Shown here: positions 32,232-40,000 of the stretch, piece after piece
How the letters are laid out: each line of letters opens with the position of its first letter
Position numbering within the stretch: the stretch's first letter is position 1
Origin: Metallibacterium scheffleri
GTDB taxonomy: Bacteria > Pseudomonadota > Gammaproteobacteria > Xanthomonadales > Rhodanobacteraceae
Direction: 5' to 3'
Length of the DNA: 40,000 bases
Assembly (NCBI RefSeq): GCF_002077135.1
Contig: NZ_LDOS01000002.1
Coordinates: 1,411,865-1,451,864 of the forward strand
Notes under the pieces: model-generated
What the model saw: only the letters and a program-made list of their open reading frames with translations
Told to the model about the DNA's origin: nothing
The model's database searches: none
Translations under genes and position numbers: made by a program

Positions 32232-33473
32232 CTAACGCCCGGGAGCCAGGCGCATGGCGCGCAGATCGGTGAACTCGGCGCGGCCATCCGCCCATTGCTC
32301 GGCGGGGATGCGCCAGGCCAGACGCAGGCTGAGCCACTGCGCGCCGCAACCCTGCGCCGGTACCTCCACGTCGAAAGCAAAATCGTGCCACGGCAGGCTG
32401 CCGCGCATCCGCGCGCTGGCGCCCAGTTGGCCGCCGTTGTCGGCACAGCTCAGCACCCACTGCAGGCCGCGGTCGTTCTGCAGGCCGTGCAGCCGCGCCT
32501 GTCCGCTGACGCGGTAGCGCCCGGGCGCCAGCACCAGCAGTTGCGCCACCTGCCCCGCCAACGGCGCGCGCTGATCGAGGAAGCGCACTTGCAGGGCGTT
32601 GCCGCTCGCCGTGGCACGCGGCACCACCGCGATCTCCGCGCCGGGCACATAGCTGATGCGCCAGTCGAAGCCGCGCCCGCTGGGCGGATACTGGAAATCG
32701 CCATCGAAGATGTTGTCCAGGTGCTGTTGCTGCGCGGGCGGCAGACTTTCGACCCAGGCCATGTAGGCGGGCAGCCAGCGCCGCTGGCCGATCAGGCGAT
32801 CGAGGTAGGCCGACCAGTCGGCCGCGTGCAGCGCGTCGGGCACCGCGCGCAAGGCCGCGAACAACACCCGCACCGGCGCGTCAGCGGTGGCCGGCTGTAC
32901 GCAGGCCCAGCGAAAGAAGTCGCCGCCCCAGGGCGGATGCGCCGCGAACACCGCGCGGTAGGCCAGCGCGGCGCCCGGCACGCGGGCCAGCGTCAGCAGT
33001 TGCGGATACAAGCGCGCGGCGAGTGTGGGGTGCACGCGCAGGATGGCGTCCAGATGCCACAGCGCGGCCTCGAGATGCCCGTCGCGCAGCGCCGCCGCCG
33101 CCAGCCAGGCCTGGGTGGCGGCGTCGCGCGGATCGAGACGCGCGGCGATGTGCAGGCGCGCTTCGGCGCTGGCGCTGGCGCCGCGCCGCAAGGCGACCTC
33201 GGCCAGCACGCGATAGGCGTCGGCGCTCAGCGGCGAAGCGATCAGGGCGGCGCGCGCCAGCCGCGAGGCCGCGGCCGTGTCGCCCGCATCGAAGCGTTGC
33301 TGCGCCCAGTCGGCGGCGGCGGCCGCGGACTGCGCGGCCCACGCATGCGCCGCGGCCGGATCGGCGTGCAGTCGTTGCATGGAGAGTGTCAGACCCAGCA
33401 GCCGCCAGCCGAGCAGCGCGGCGATCAGCAGCGCGGCGGCGCTGCGCGCGGCGATGGCGGCCGCACGGCTCAC
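32232..33473 (-). CDS. Membrane-anchored TPR-like protein of unknown function (EPS-cluster associated)
   Basis: N-terminal TM segment, Ala-rich helical repeats, then a beta-rich C-terminal domain. No catalytic motif recognised. Confidence 0.45.
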   Translation of the reverse strand: MSRAAAIAARSAAALLIAALLGWRLLGLTLSMQRLHADPAAAHAWAAQSAAAAADWAQQRFDAGDTAAASRLARAALIASPLSADAYRVLAEVALRRGASASAEARLHIAARLDPRDAATQAWLAAAALRDGHLEAALWHLDAILRVHPTLAARLYPQLLTLARVPGAALAYRAVFAAHPPWGGDFFRWACVQPATADAPVRVLFAALRAVPDALHAADWSAYLDRLIGQRRWLPAYMAWVESLPPAQQQHLDNIFDGDFQYPPSGRGFDWRISYVPGAEIAVVPRATASGNALQVRFLDQRAPLAGQVAQLLVLAPGRYRVSGQARLHGLQNDRGLQWVLSCADNGGQLGASARMRGSLPWHDFAFDVEVPAQGCGAQWLSLRLAWRIPAEQWADGRAEFTDLRAMRLAPGR

Positions 33474-33598
33474 CGCGGCGCAGTCATCACGGCGCCACGC
33501 GCGTGCGCGCCACGCATACCGTGCATCCGCTGCGGTCCACGCTCACGCCGCCGCCGGCGCCCGCAGTAACTCGATGCGCGAACGCCGTGCGCCGCGAC

Positions 33599-35788
33599 TC
33601 AGGCGTCGCGGCGACTCGTCTTGCCGCCATAGGCGCCACCATAGTCGTAGCTGTAGCCATAGCCGTAGGCGCCGTGCCGCGCGTCAAGCTTGGTCAGTGC
33701 CGCGCCGACCACGCGCGCGCGCGCCGCGCGCAGACGCTTGAGCGCGTCGCGGATGTCGTCGATGCGCGCGCCGCCGGCCTCGATGACCAGCAGGGTGGCG
33801 GCGACGCTGTGCGCCAGCACGGGGGCATCGGCCAGACCCAGCACGGGCGGGCTGTCGAGGATCACCAGGTCGTACTCGGCCTGGGCCTCGGCGAGCAAGG
33901 TGGCCAGGCGCGGCCCGGCCAGCAGTTCGGCGGGATTGGGTGGCAGCGGCCCGCAGGCGAGCACGGCCGCGCCGTGTTCGCTGCTGACGATCGCTTCGCG
34001 CCAGGTGAGCGCGCCGGCCAGTACGTTGCTCAGGCCACGGCTGTTGTCGACCGCGCCGAGATTGTGCTGCGCCGGATTGCGCATGTCGGCGTCGACCAGC
34101 AGCACGCGCCGCCCCATCTGCGCGAAGCTCTGCGCCAGCGCCAGGGCGGTGGTGCTCTTGCCCTCGCCTGGGCGCGTGCTGGTGATCAGCAGCGAGCGCG
34201 GCACGCCGTCGGCGGTGGCGAACTGCAGCGCGGTGCGCGCCGAGCGATAGGCCTCGGCCAGCGCCGAGCGCGGATCTTGCATCGCCTGCTCCGGCGTGCC
34301 CGTGCGCGCCAGCGGGATGATGCCGAGCACGGCCAGGCCGAGTTTCTGCTCGGCATCCGTCGCCACATGCACGGTGTCGTCGAGGTGGTCCAGCACCAGG
34401 GCCGCTGCGATACCGGCGAACAGGCCCAGCAGCAGGCCGATGGTCAGATTCAACTTCAGCCGCGGCCGGTAACGCACCATGGGCGGCTCCGCGCGGTCCA
34501 CCACCGAGATGTTGTTGATGCCGACGCCGCCGGCGACGCCGATCTCCTTGTAGCGCTGCAGGATGGCGTCGTAGAGCTGACGGTTGGTGTCCACCTCGCG
34601 CTTGAGGATGTTGTAACGGATGCTGCGCTGTTCGAGATTCAGCACCTGCTGGCGCAGGTCGGCCACGCGCTGGCGCAGCAGCGTCTCGCGCGCCTTGGCC
34701 GCCGCGTAGGCGCTCTGCACGGAGCCACGCACCAGCGCGGTGCGCGCGGTGATCTGGCGGTGGATTTCATCCAGTTTGGCGTGCAATTGCAGCATGGCCG
34801 GGAACGCCGGCTTGTAGATGCGCAACTGGTCCTGGTACTTGGCCTGGTCCTCGGCGTAGGCCTGCTGCAGCTTCTCGATGACCGGATCGCCCAGCACCTG
34901 CGCGATCTGGTCGGCGGGCGCGCCCTGCAGTTGGCGCCACTTGGCCTCGGCCTTGTAGCGGTCCTGCTCGGCCTGCGCCAGCGCGACGTTGAGCTGCTCG
35001 AGCTGCTGTCCGACCAGGCTTTGTCGATCGCTGATGTTGACGATCTGGTGCTTTTGCGCGAACGCCACCAGATCCGTGTCGGAATCCTCGAGGCGCAGCT
35101 TGAGCTCCTGCAGGCGATCCTCGAGGTACTGCTTGGCGTAACCCGATGCGGCCATGCGCCGGTCGAGGTTGGAGCGGATGAACTGGTCGGCGTAGACGTT
35201 TGCGATCCGCGCGGACAGCCGCGGATCGGGCGTGTCGACGGACACATCCACCAGCTTGGAGTTGAGCACCGGCTGCACCGAGACCATGTTCAGCAGCGCA
35301 TCGGCATCGGCGCGCAATTGATCGGTCGGGCTGGGCTTGCGCGTCGATGCGCCATGCAGAAAGCCCAGCAGGCGTGCCAGCGGCGAGGGCCGCAGCAGCT
35401 TCTGGAATGCCGCGTCGTGCTGCAGATCCATCGCCACCACCACGCGCCGCGCCAGCGAGTGGCTCTTCAGCAGGTCGTACTGGGTCTGGTAGAAGGTTTG
35501 GTCATTCAGCGATTCGACCGGCTGGAAGCCTTGCACCTGCACGACGTTGACCGTGTCGCGGTTGATCTGCAGCGTGGTATCGGCGCGGAAGATGGGCGTG
35601 GCCAGCAGGGTCAGGATCAACGCGATCAGCACGCACAGTCCGGTCGCGCCGAGGATCAGCCAGCGCCGACCCACCAGCGCGCGCCAATAGGCTTGCAGGT
35701 CGATGTCGTCATCGCCCGGCATGCCGCCATCGGGCATGCGCGTGCCCGATTCCGGGACGGTTTCCGTGTCGAGGGTATTGGGGGTCAT
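33599..35788 (-). CDS. wzc: Polysaccharide co-polymerase / tyrosine autokinase (Wzc/GumC-like)
   Basis: Wzz domain with a coiled coil. Walker A TSTRPGEGKST. C-terminal Tyr cluster YGYGYSYDYGGAYGG. Confidence 0.85.
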   Translation of the reverse strand: MTPNTLDTETVPESGTRMPDGGMPGDDDIDLQAYWRALVGRRWLILGATGLCVLIALILTLLATPIFRADTTLQINRDTVNVVQVQGFQPVESLNDQTFYQTQYDLLKSHSLARRVVVAMDLQHDAAFQKLLRPSPLARLLGFLHGASTRKPSPTDQLRADADALLNMVSVQPVLNSKLVDVSVDTPDPRLSARIANVYADQFIRSNLDRRMAASGYAKQYLEDRLQELKLRLEDSDTDLVAFAQKHQIVNISDRQSLVGQQLEQLNVALAQAEQDRYKAEAKWRQLQGAPADQIAQVLGDPVIEKLQQAYAEDQAKYQDQLRIYKPAFPAMLQLHAKLDEIHRQITARTALVRGSVQSAYAAAKARETLLRQRVADLRQQVLNLEQRSIRYNILKREVDTNRQLYDAILQRYKEIGVAGGVGINNISVVDRAEPPMVRYRPRLKLNLTIGLLLGLFAGIAAALVLDHLDDTVHVATDAEQKLGLAVLGIIPLARTGTPEQAMQDPRSALAEAYRSARTALQFATADGVPRSLLITSTRPGEGKSTTALALAQSFAQMGRRVLLVDADMRNPAQHNLGAVDNSRGLSNVLAGALTWREAIVSSEHGAAVLACGPLPPNPAELLAGPRLATLLAEAQAEYDLVILDSPPVLGLADAPVLAHSVAATLLVIEAGGARIDDIRDALKRLRAARARVVGAALTKLDARHGAYGYGYSYDYGGAYGGKTSRRDA

Positions 35789-35833
35789 GCAAGGTCCATG
35801 TCGATTCGTGGCATCGCGGAGTCGATCCTGCGG

Positions 35834-36535
35834 TCAGAGCTTGTAGGCCTGGAAGTAGAGGAACCCGCGCAGGTTGTCGACGATTCCCTTCAGCGTGGAC
35901 TTCAGGCCCGACTCGTCGACCACGATGATGTCGTTGGGGTACAGCGGCGGATCGATCATCGTGCCGGCGCGGATCCGGTCGATGTCGAAACGCGCGGCCA
36001 TCGGCTTGCCATCGATGGCGCGGAAGATCACCACCCGACTATCGTTGGCCAGCGTGGTGGGTCCCTCGGCCATGGCGATGGCCTGCAGCAGATTCATCTG
36101 CCCGACCATCGGATACACCCCGGGCTTGTGCACGGCGCCGTCCACGGTGAAGCGTTCGTTGGCGGACTTGTCCACGAACAGCGAGACTTGCGGATCCTGC
36201 AGGTAGGTCGCCGCGAGTTGTCGCGTGATCGCCTGCCGCGCCTCGTTGACGGTGAGGCCGCCGACCTTGACCACGCCGGCCAGCGGCAGGGCGACGTCGC
36301 CGACGCTGTCCACGCGCACCTTGACCTTGTTGAAGTCCTTCACCTGGAACACGCTGACCTCGAGCAGATCGCCGGGGCCGAGGCGGTATTGCAACGCCTC
36401 AGAGGCTGTGAGTTTTTCGGTTGTCGGCGTGGGCGCGACGGCTGCTGATGCTGGACGTGGTCGCCTGCGCGTGCGGTCGAATGGCGCAGACGGTGCCCGT
36501 GATGGGTGTCGGTCTCCCGAACTTCGCGCTGGCTG
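35834..36535 (-). pseudogene. wza: wza (outer-membrane polysaccharide export protein), 3' part separated from its 5' end by an IS
   Basis: YRLGPGDLLEVSVFQVKDF... is the Poly_export + SLBB signature. It lacks a signal peptide. The in-frame open sequence continues up to the IS junction. Confidence 0.75.
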
Positions 36536-38075
36536 AGCGCTTTGGGGCCATTTCTTGCCCTCTCATGCGGCCTGCGCCGCCATGGCGGACGGATCTGTCC
36601 CCCAACCGATGAGTTGCGGTGCCAGCGCGGCGGTGCGCAACAGGTTGTGCGCCAGCACGAACAGGCCCACCACCGAGCGGACCTTGGCCAAGCCACGCAC
36701 GGGCATGCGCAGCAGGCCTCGGTTACGCGCCTGGGCGTTGACGCATTCGGCGGTTGCCGCGCGCTGCTTGTAGATGTCCCTGGCCTCGCTGCCGGCCATG
36801 CGCACGCGCCACTGGGCCACCGCCTCGGAGTCATCGGGCTTGGGTTGGTGCTTGTCCTGCGCGACCTCCTTGCCCTGCGCGTCCTGCTTCGTCCTGGGTT
36901 CTGGCACCGGCGCGTAGACCTTGGTCCTGCCGGCCACCGCATCGATCTGCTCGTGCGCGGGGAAGCCGCCATCGACCAGCCACTGCTCCGGGCTGCGCCC
37001 CAGGCGCTGCGCGACCTGCTCGACCATCGGCGCCAGTTGCGCCATGTCGCTGCCGGCGGTGACCACGTCCATGCCGACGATGACCTGTTCTTCGCAGGTG
37101 GTGGCAAACTGCACGTTGAACGCCGGACGGAAACCGCCGTCGCCCATCTTCATGACCCGCGCGTCGGCGTCGGTGGTGCTCGCTCTGGCGTCTTCGGCCC
37201 TGGAGCCGTTGCGCTTCTTGGCAGCGGCCACTTCAGGCAGTTGCTCCAGCGCCGCCTGGATGCGCGCTTCGCGCTCCCGGGCCGCGCGCAGCTTGGCCGC
37301 CTGCGCTTGCCGCCGGGCTTGACCCGGATCGGCCTGGGCCTGCGTCTTGATCGTCTGCACCAGCTCGCGGGCCTGGCTCAGGTGGTCGTCCAGGCTGGCT
37401 TGGCGGCGGAACGAGGCGGCACCCGCAGCGGCGCGAACGCGCATGCCGTCCTGCGCCACGCGCTGCAAGGTGATCGCACCCACCGCGGCCAGGGCGGCTA
37501 CGTTATCCGTGAGCAGCTCGTCCATCAGCGCTTCGTTGCCCGCACGAAAATCATTGAGCGCGTGATAGTTCACCGACACGCCGCCGCAAATCCACCGGTA
37601 CGCATCGTGCTCCAGGCTCAGCCGCGCCACTTCGCGGCCGCTGCCCACACCGTCCAGCGTGGCGTACAGCCACAGTGCGAACAGAATGCGCGGGTCGATC
37701 GCCGCACGACCGGCGTTGCTGCCGCGCGCCTTGACCGCCTCGATCAACCGACTCAGGTCCTGACGCTCGACGTAACCCCACACCAGTCGCGCCCGGTGGT
37801 CCTCGGGCAACAACGATTCCAGGTCCGAGGCGCGCAGCTCCACCTGCAAACGGTTGGGTTCGAGCAATCGCGGCGCGCCTTGCTCTCGCTGCATCGCCGC
37901 CTTGGCCTGCGCCTCCCGTACCTGGGCTTCGCTGGGCTCGGGCAGGTCCAGAAACAGGCCTGTCTGCGTCGCCGCCGGGTCATGCTCAGTGGATGTCGTC
38001 ATGCTCGCTATCATGCCTGCCGCACAACCGTTTGGGTGGCTCAGAGAAAAACTCTCACCCTCTCAGGCCCCAGCA
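36536..38075 (-). mobile_element. IS1182-family (IS5-like) insertion sequence, ~1.54 kb (boundaries approximate)
   Basis: Single 483-aa DDE transposase. Short imperfect terminal inverted repeats (..GCTTTGGGGCC / GGCCCCAGC..). Flanked by an imperfect 9-10-bp direct repeat, GCGCTGGCTG / GCGCGGCTG. Confidence 0.6.
36563..38014 (-). CDS. IS1182-family transposase
   Basis: N-terminal LLPEDHRARLVWGYVERQDLSRL...GRAAIDPRILFALWLYATLDGVGSGREVARL is the DUF772-type block typical of IS1182/IS5, followed by a C-terminal DDE region. Confidence 0.8.
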   Translation of the reverse strand: MIASMTTSTEHDPAATQTGLFLDLPEPSEAQVREAQAKAAMQREQGAPRLLEPNRLQVELRASDLESLLPEDHRARLVWGYVERQDLSRLIEAVKARGSNAGRAAIDPRILFALWLYATLDGVGSGREVARLSLEHDAYRWICGGVSVNYHALNDFRAGNEALMDELLTDNVAALAAVGAITLQRVAQDGMRVRAAAGAASFRRQASLDDHLSQARELVQTIKTQAQADPGQARRQAQAAKLRAAREREARIQAALEQLPEVAAAKKRNGSRAEDARASTTDADARVMKMGDGGFRPAFNVQFATTCEEQVIVGMDVVTAGSDMAQLAPMVEQVAQRLGRSPEQWLVDGGFPAHEQIDAVAGRTKVYAPVPEPRTKQDAQGKEVAQDKHQPKPDDSEAVAQWRVRMAGSEARDIYKQRAATAECVNAQARNRGLLRMPVRGLAKVRSVVGLFVLAHNLLRTAALAPQLIGWGTDPSAMAAQAA

Positions 38076-38211
38076 GCGCGGCTGGATTGAACGCGCGGGC
38101 ACCGGGCGACACCATCGGCACCACGGTGTCGGCGGGGGGATTGGAGGCGCAGGCGGCCAGCAGCAGCAAGCCGCAGACAAGCAGTACGAATTTCAGTATC
38201 GGCTTGCCCAT
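38076..38211 (-). pseudogene. wza: wza 5' part (lipoprotein signal peptide)
   Basis: My translation gives MGKPILKFVLLVCGLLLLAACASNPPADTVVPMVSPGARAFNPAA with the lipobox LLAAC. SD GGGAG lies upstream of the ATG at 38211. Confidence 0.7.
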
Positions 38212-38331
38212 TACGACTCCCTGAGTGGATGCGGGTCACGACCCGCGCAGCGCGTGTTCGATTCGGCGAACCATCACCACGTGGCGGCCATCACCGGCGC
38301 CGCGCCGGCATGCGCGTGACGGCGCGACCAT

Positions 38332-39126
38332 TCATGCGCGGCGCCGCCAGCGCGACCACCAGCTTGCCTTGGGCGTCCGCGCGGACATGGCGGGCAACGC
38401 TGGCGCCTCGTGGGCCGGGCGATTGTAGAGGATGCATTGCGGTCGCGTCAGCACGAGATGCAGCGCTTCATCCGCGCCCACGCGCACGGCGGCGGCGTCG
38501 CGCGCCTCGGCCAGCAACGGCACGCGGCGCTCGCTGTGATGGGCATCGGTCGCCAGCAGATGCACCAGCCCCTCGTCCAGCATGCGCTCGGCCCAATAGC
38601 GCGGACGCCGCCCGTAACGACCGGTGAGACTGCCGGCGGTGACCTGCATCCAGGCGCCCCCGCGCACCAGCTTTGCGAAGACCGGATAGTGCTCCTCGAT
38701 CCAGGTCAGCCGTTCGGGATGCGTCAGCACCGGCACATAGCCGGCCGCCAGCACCTGAAACACTGACTCCTCGAGCCGCGGAGGCGCGACATGGTGCGGT
38801 GGCTCGAACAGGAAGTAGCGGCTGTCGGCCAACGTCGGAATGCGACCGCCGCGCAGACCCTCGAGCAGATCCGGGGCGAGGTGGATATCAGCGCCCGTGG
38901 TCAACGTCAGGTCGATGCTGGCGCGCGCCAGCTCCTGTCGAAACGCCTCCACGGCGACGAGGATGCGCGCGCGATCGTTGTCGTAAAGCCCCGGATAGAT
39001 GTGCGGCGTGCAGGCGACGATGCTGATGCCGTCCTGCGCGGCCATGCGCGCCATCGCCAGCGCCACCGCCAGATCCGGCGCGCCATCGTCGATCGCGGGC
39101 AGCATGTGGCAGTGCAGGTCGATCAT
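38332..39126 (-). CDS. CpsB/CapC-family (PHP-domain) protein-tyrosine phosphatase
   Basis: MIDLHCHMLPAIDDGAPD... and ...LLATDAHH... are metal-binding motifs typical of CpsB/Wzh. Confidence 0.85.
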   Translation of the reverse strand: MIDLHCHMLPAIDDGAPDLAVALAMARMAAQDGISIVACTPHIYPGLYDNDRARILVAVEAFRQELARASIDLTLTTGADIHLAPDLLEGLRGGRIPTLADSRYFLFEPPHHVAPPRLEESVFQVLAAGYVPVLTHPERLTWIEEHYPVFAKLVRGGAWMQVTAGSLTGRYGRRPRYWAERMLDEGLVHLLATDAHHSERRVPLLAEARDAAAVRVGADEALHLVLTRPQCILYNRPAHEAPALPAMSARTPKASWWSRWRRRA

Positions 39127-39249
39127 TGCGATGACCGTGTCGGGAAATCGCCGCGGGTTGGCCTCGCGGAGAACCGACAGCCCCGGACACGAGGCCGGCG
39201 CACGATCGGGCGCGTGCCGCGCCTCATTCCGTCGCGACCCTGGGCGCGT

Positions 39250-40000
39250 TCAGTAGGCATTCTTGTTCACGAAGCCGCGCAGCAAGGTGAGCGCGATGAT
39301 GCGCAGGTCGAAGGCCAGCGACCAGTGCTCGATGTAGTACAGGTCGTGCTCGATGCGGCCCTGCATCTTGTTCACGGTCTCGGTCTCGCCGCGCCAGCCA
39401 TTGATCTGCGCCCAGCCGGTGATGCCCGGCTTGACCGTGTGGCGCAGCGCGTAGTGATCGATCAGGTTCATGTATTGCGCGTTGTGCTCGACCGCGTGCG
39501 GACGCGGGCCGACGATGGACATGGCGCCCTTGAGCACGTTGAAGAACTGCGGCAGCTCGTCGAGGCTGCTGCGGCGCAGAAACGCGCCGAGGCGGGTCAG
39601 GCGCGGATCGTCGTGCGCCGCCTGGGTGAGCACGCCGGGCGCTTCGTGATGCAGGCGCATGCTGCGGAACTTCCACACCTCGATCTCGCGTCCGTCCCAG
39701 CCGTGGCGCTTCTGCCGGAACAGCACCGGCCCGCGCGAAGTCAGCTTGACCGCCAGCGCGATCGTCAGCAGCAGCGGGCTGACCAGCAGCAGGATCAGCA
39801 GCGAGAGCAGCACATCCTCGGCGCGCTTGAGCGCGCGGTTGAAGCCCTGCATCGGCGTGGCGGTGAGGTCCAGCATCGGCGTGTCGAGGACCTCGGTGAC
39901 GCCGTGGTTGAGCAGGAACAGGCCGAGCATGTCCGGCACGTAGCGCACGTTGGCGGTGCTGTTGCGCAGTTGCGCCAGCACCGGCTCCAGCAAGGCGCTC
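39250..40000 (-). CDS. Priming sugar-phosphate transferase (bacterial sugar transferase family, WbaP/GumD-like); the 5' end lies beyond the window
   Basis: ...GPVLFRQKRHGWDGREIEVWKFRSM...LDELPQFFNVLKGAMSIVGPRP...ITGWAQINGWRGE are PF02397 motifs. Confidence 0.85.
   Translation of the reverse strand, partial: SALLEPVLAQLRNSTANVRYVPDMLGLFLLNHGVTEVLDTPMLDLTATPMQGFNRALKRAEDVLLSLLILLLVSPLLLTIALAVKLTSRGPVLFRQKRHGWDGREIEVWKFRSMRLHHEAPGVLTQAAHDDPRLTRLGAFLRRSSLDELPQFFNVLKGAMSIVGPRPHAVEHNAQYMNLIDHYALRHTVKPGITGWAQINGWRGETETVNKMQGRIEHDLYYIEHWSLAFDLRIIALTLLRGFVNKNAY

Noticed and set aside
33023-36448. Very long plus-strand ORFs (1141 aa here; also 1662..3164, 22192..23196, 25422..26762, 30230..31519, 32295..33569, 36506..38224)
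   Set aside because: They are antisense to genes with clear family motifs (wzc, GT, MNT/HEPN, ligase, transposase). Their translations are Arg/Ala/Gly/Pro-rich and low in complexity, with no recognisable domains. These are typical stop-poor shadow frames in high-GC DNA.
36536-38075. Exact IS1182 termini and target duplication
   Set aside because: The inverted repeats are short and imperfect, and the flanking direct repeat differs by one base insertion. The boundaries are therefore reported as approximate rather than as a confident TSD call.
1-40000. rRNA, tRNA, tmRNA or riboswitch elements
   Set aside because: No cloverleaf-like or conserved rRNA sequence blocks were recognised on either strand. 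The only structured RNA supported is the group II intron.

Overview
High-GC (roughly two-thirds G+C by eye) bacterial chromosomal window. The REP types and gene content suggest a Xanthomonadales-like proteobacterium, but that is inference only. The backbone is one minus-strand exopolysaccharide/O-antigen-type cluster: priming sugar transferase, CpsB-type Tyr phosphatase, wza (split by an IS1182-family IS), wzc, a TPR-like protein, a waaL-like ligase, wzx, wzy, five GT4 glycosyltransferases and two FkbM methyltransferases. Two unusual accessory arrays interrupt it. (1) 21.6-30.0 kb holds a head-to-tail minus-strand array of seven small MNT-type nucleotidyltransferase genes. They share a near-identical ~135-bp 5' module but carry five unrelated 3' halves, and each half type is tied to its own HEPN partner: HI0074-like HEPN proteins, or a canonical MntA-HepT pair. 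The array also shows a recent segmental duplication, decayed copies and a full-length class-C-like group II intron sitting behind a REP hairpin. (2) 2.9-11.7 kb holds nine type II toxin-antitoxin modules from eight families (Gp49/XRE x2, MazEF, DUF433/DUF5615, MqsRA, ParE-type, PIN/AbrB, HicAB, BrnTA). They are punctuated by five decayed copies of the 3' part of the adjacent FkbM methyltransferase gene, each followed by REP clusters. This looks like integron-style accretion, but no integrase or attC is visible. A second, 5'-truncated intron copy abutting an IS256-family end lies at the left edge, inverted relative to the full copy. No rRNA, tRNA or CRISPR was seen. Most long plus-strand ORFs are GC-driven shadows of minus-strand genes.
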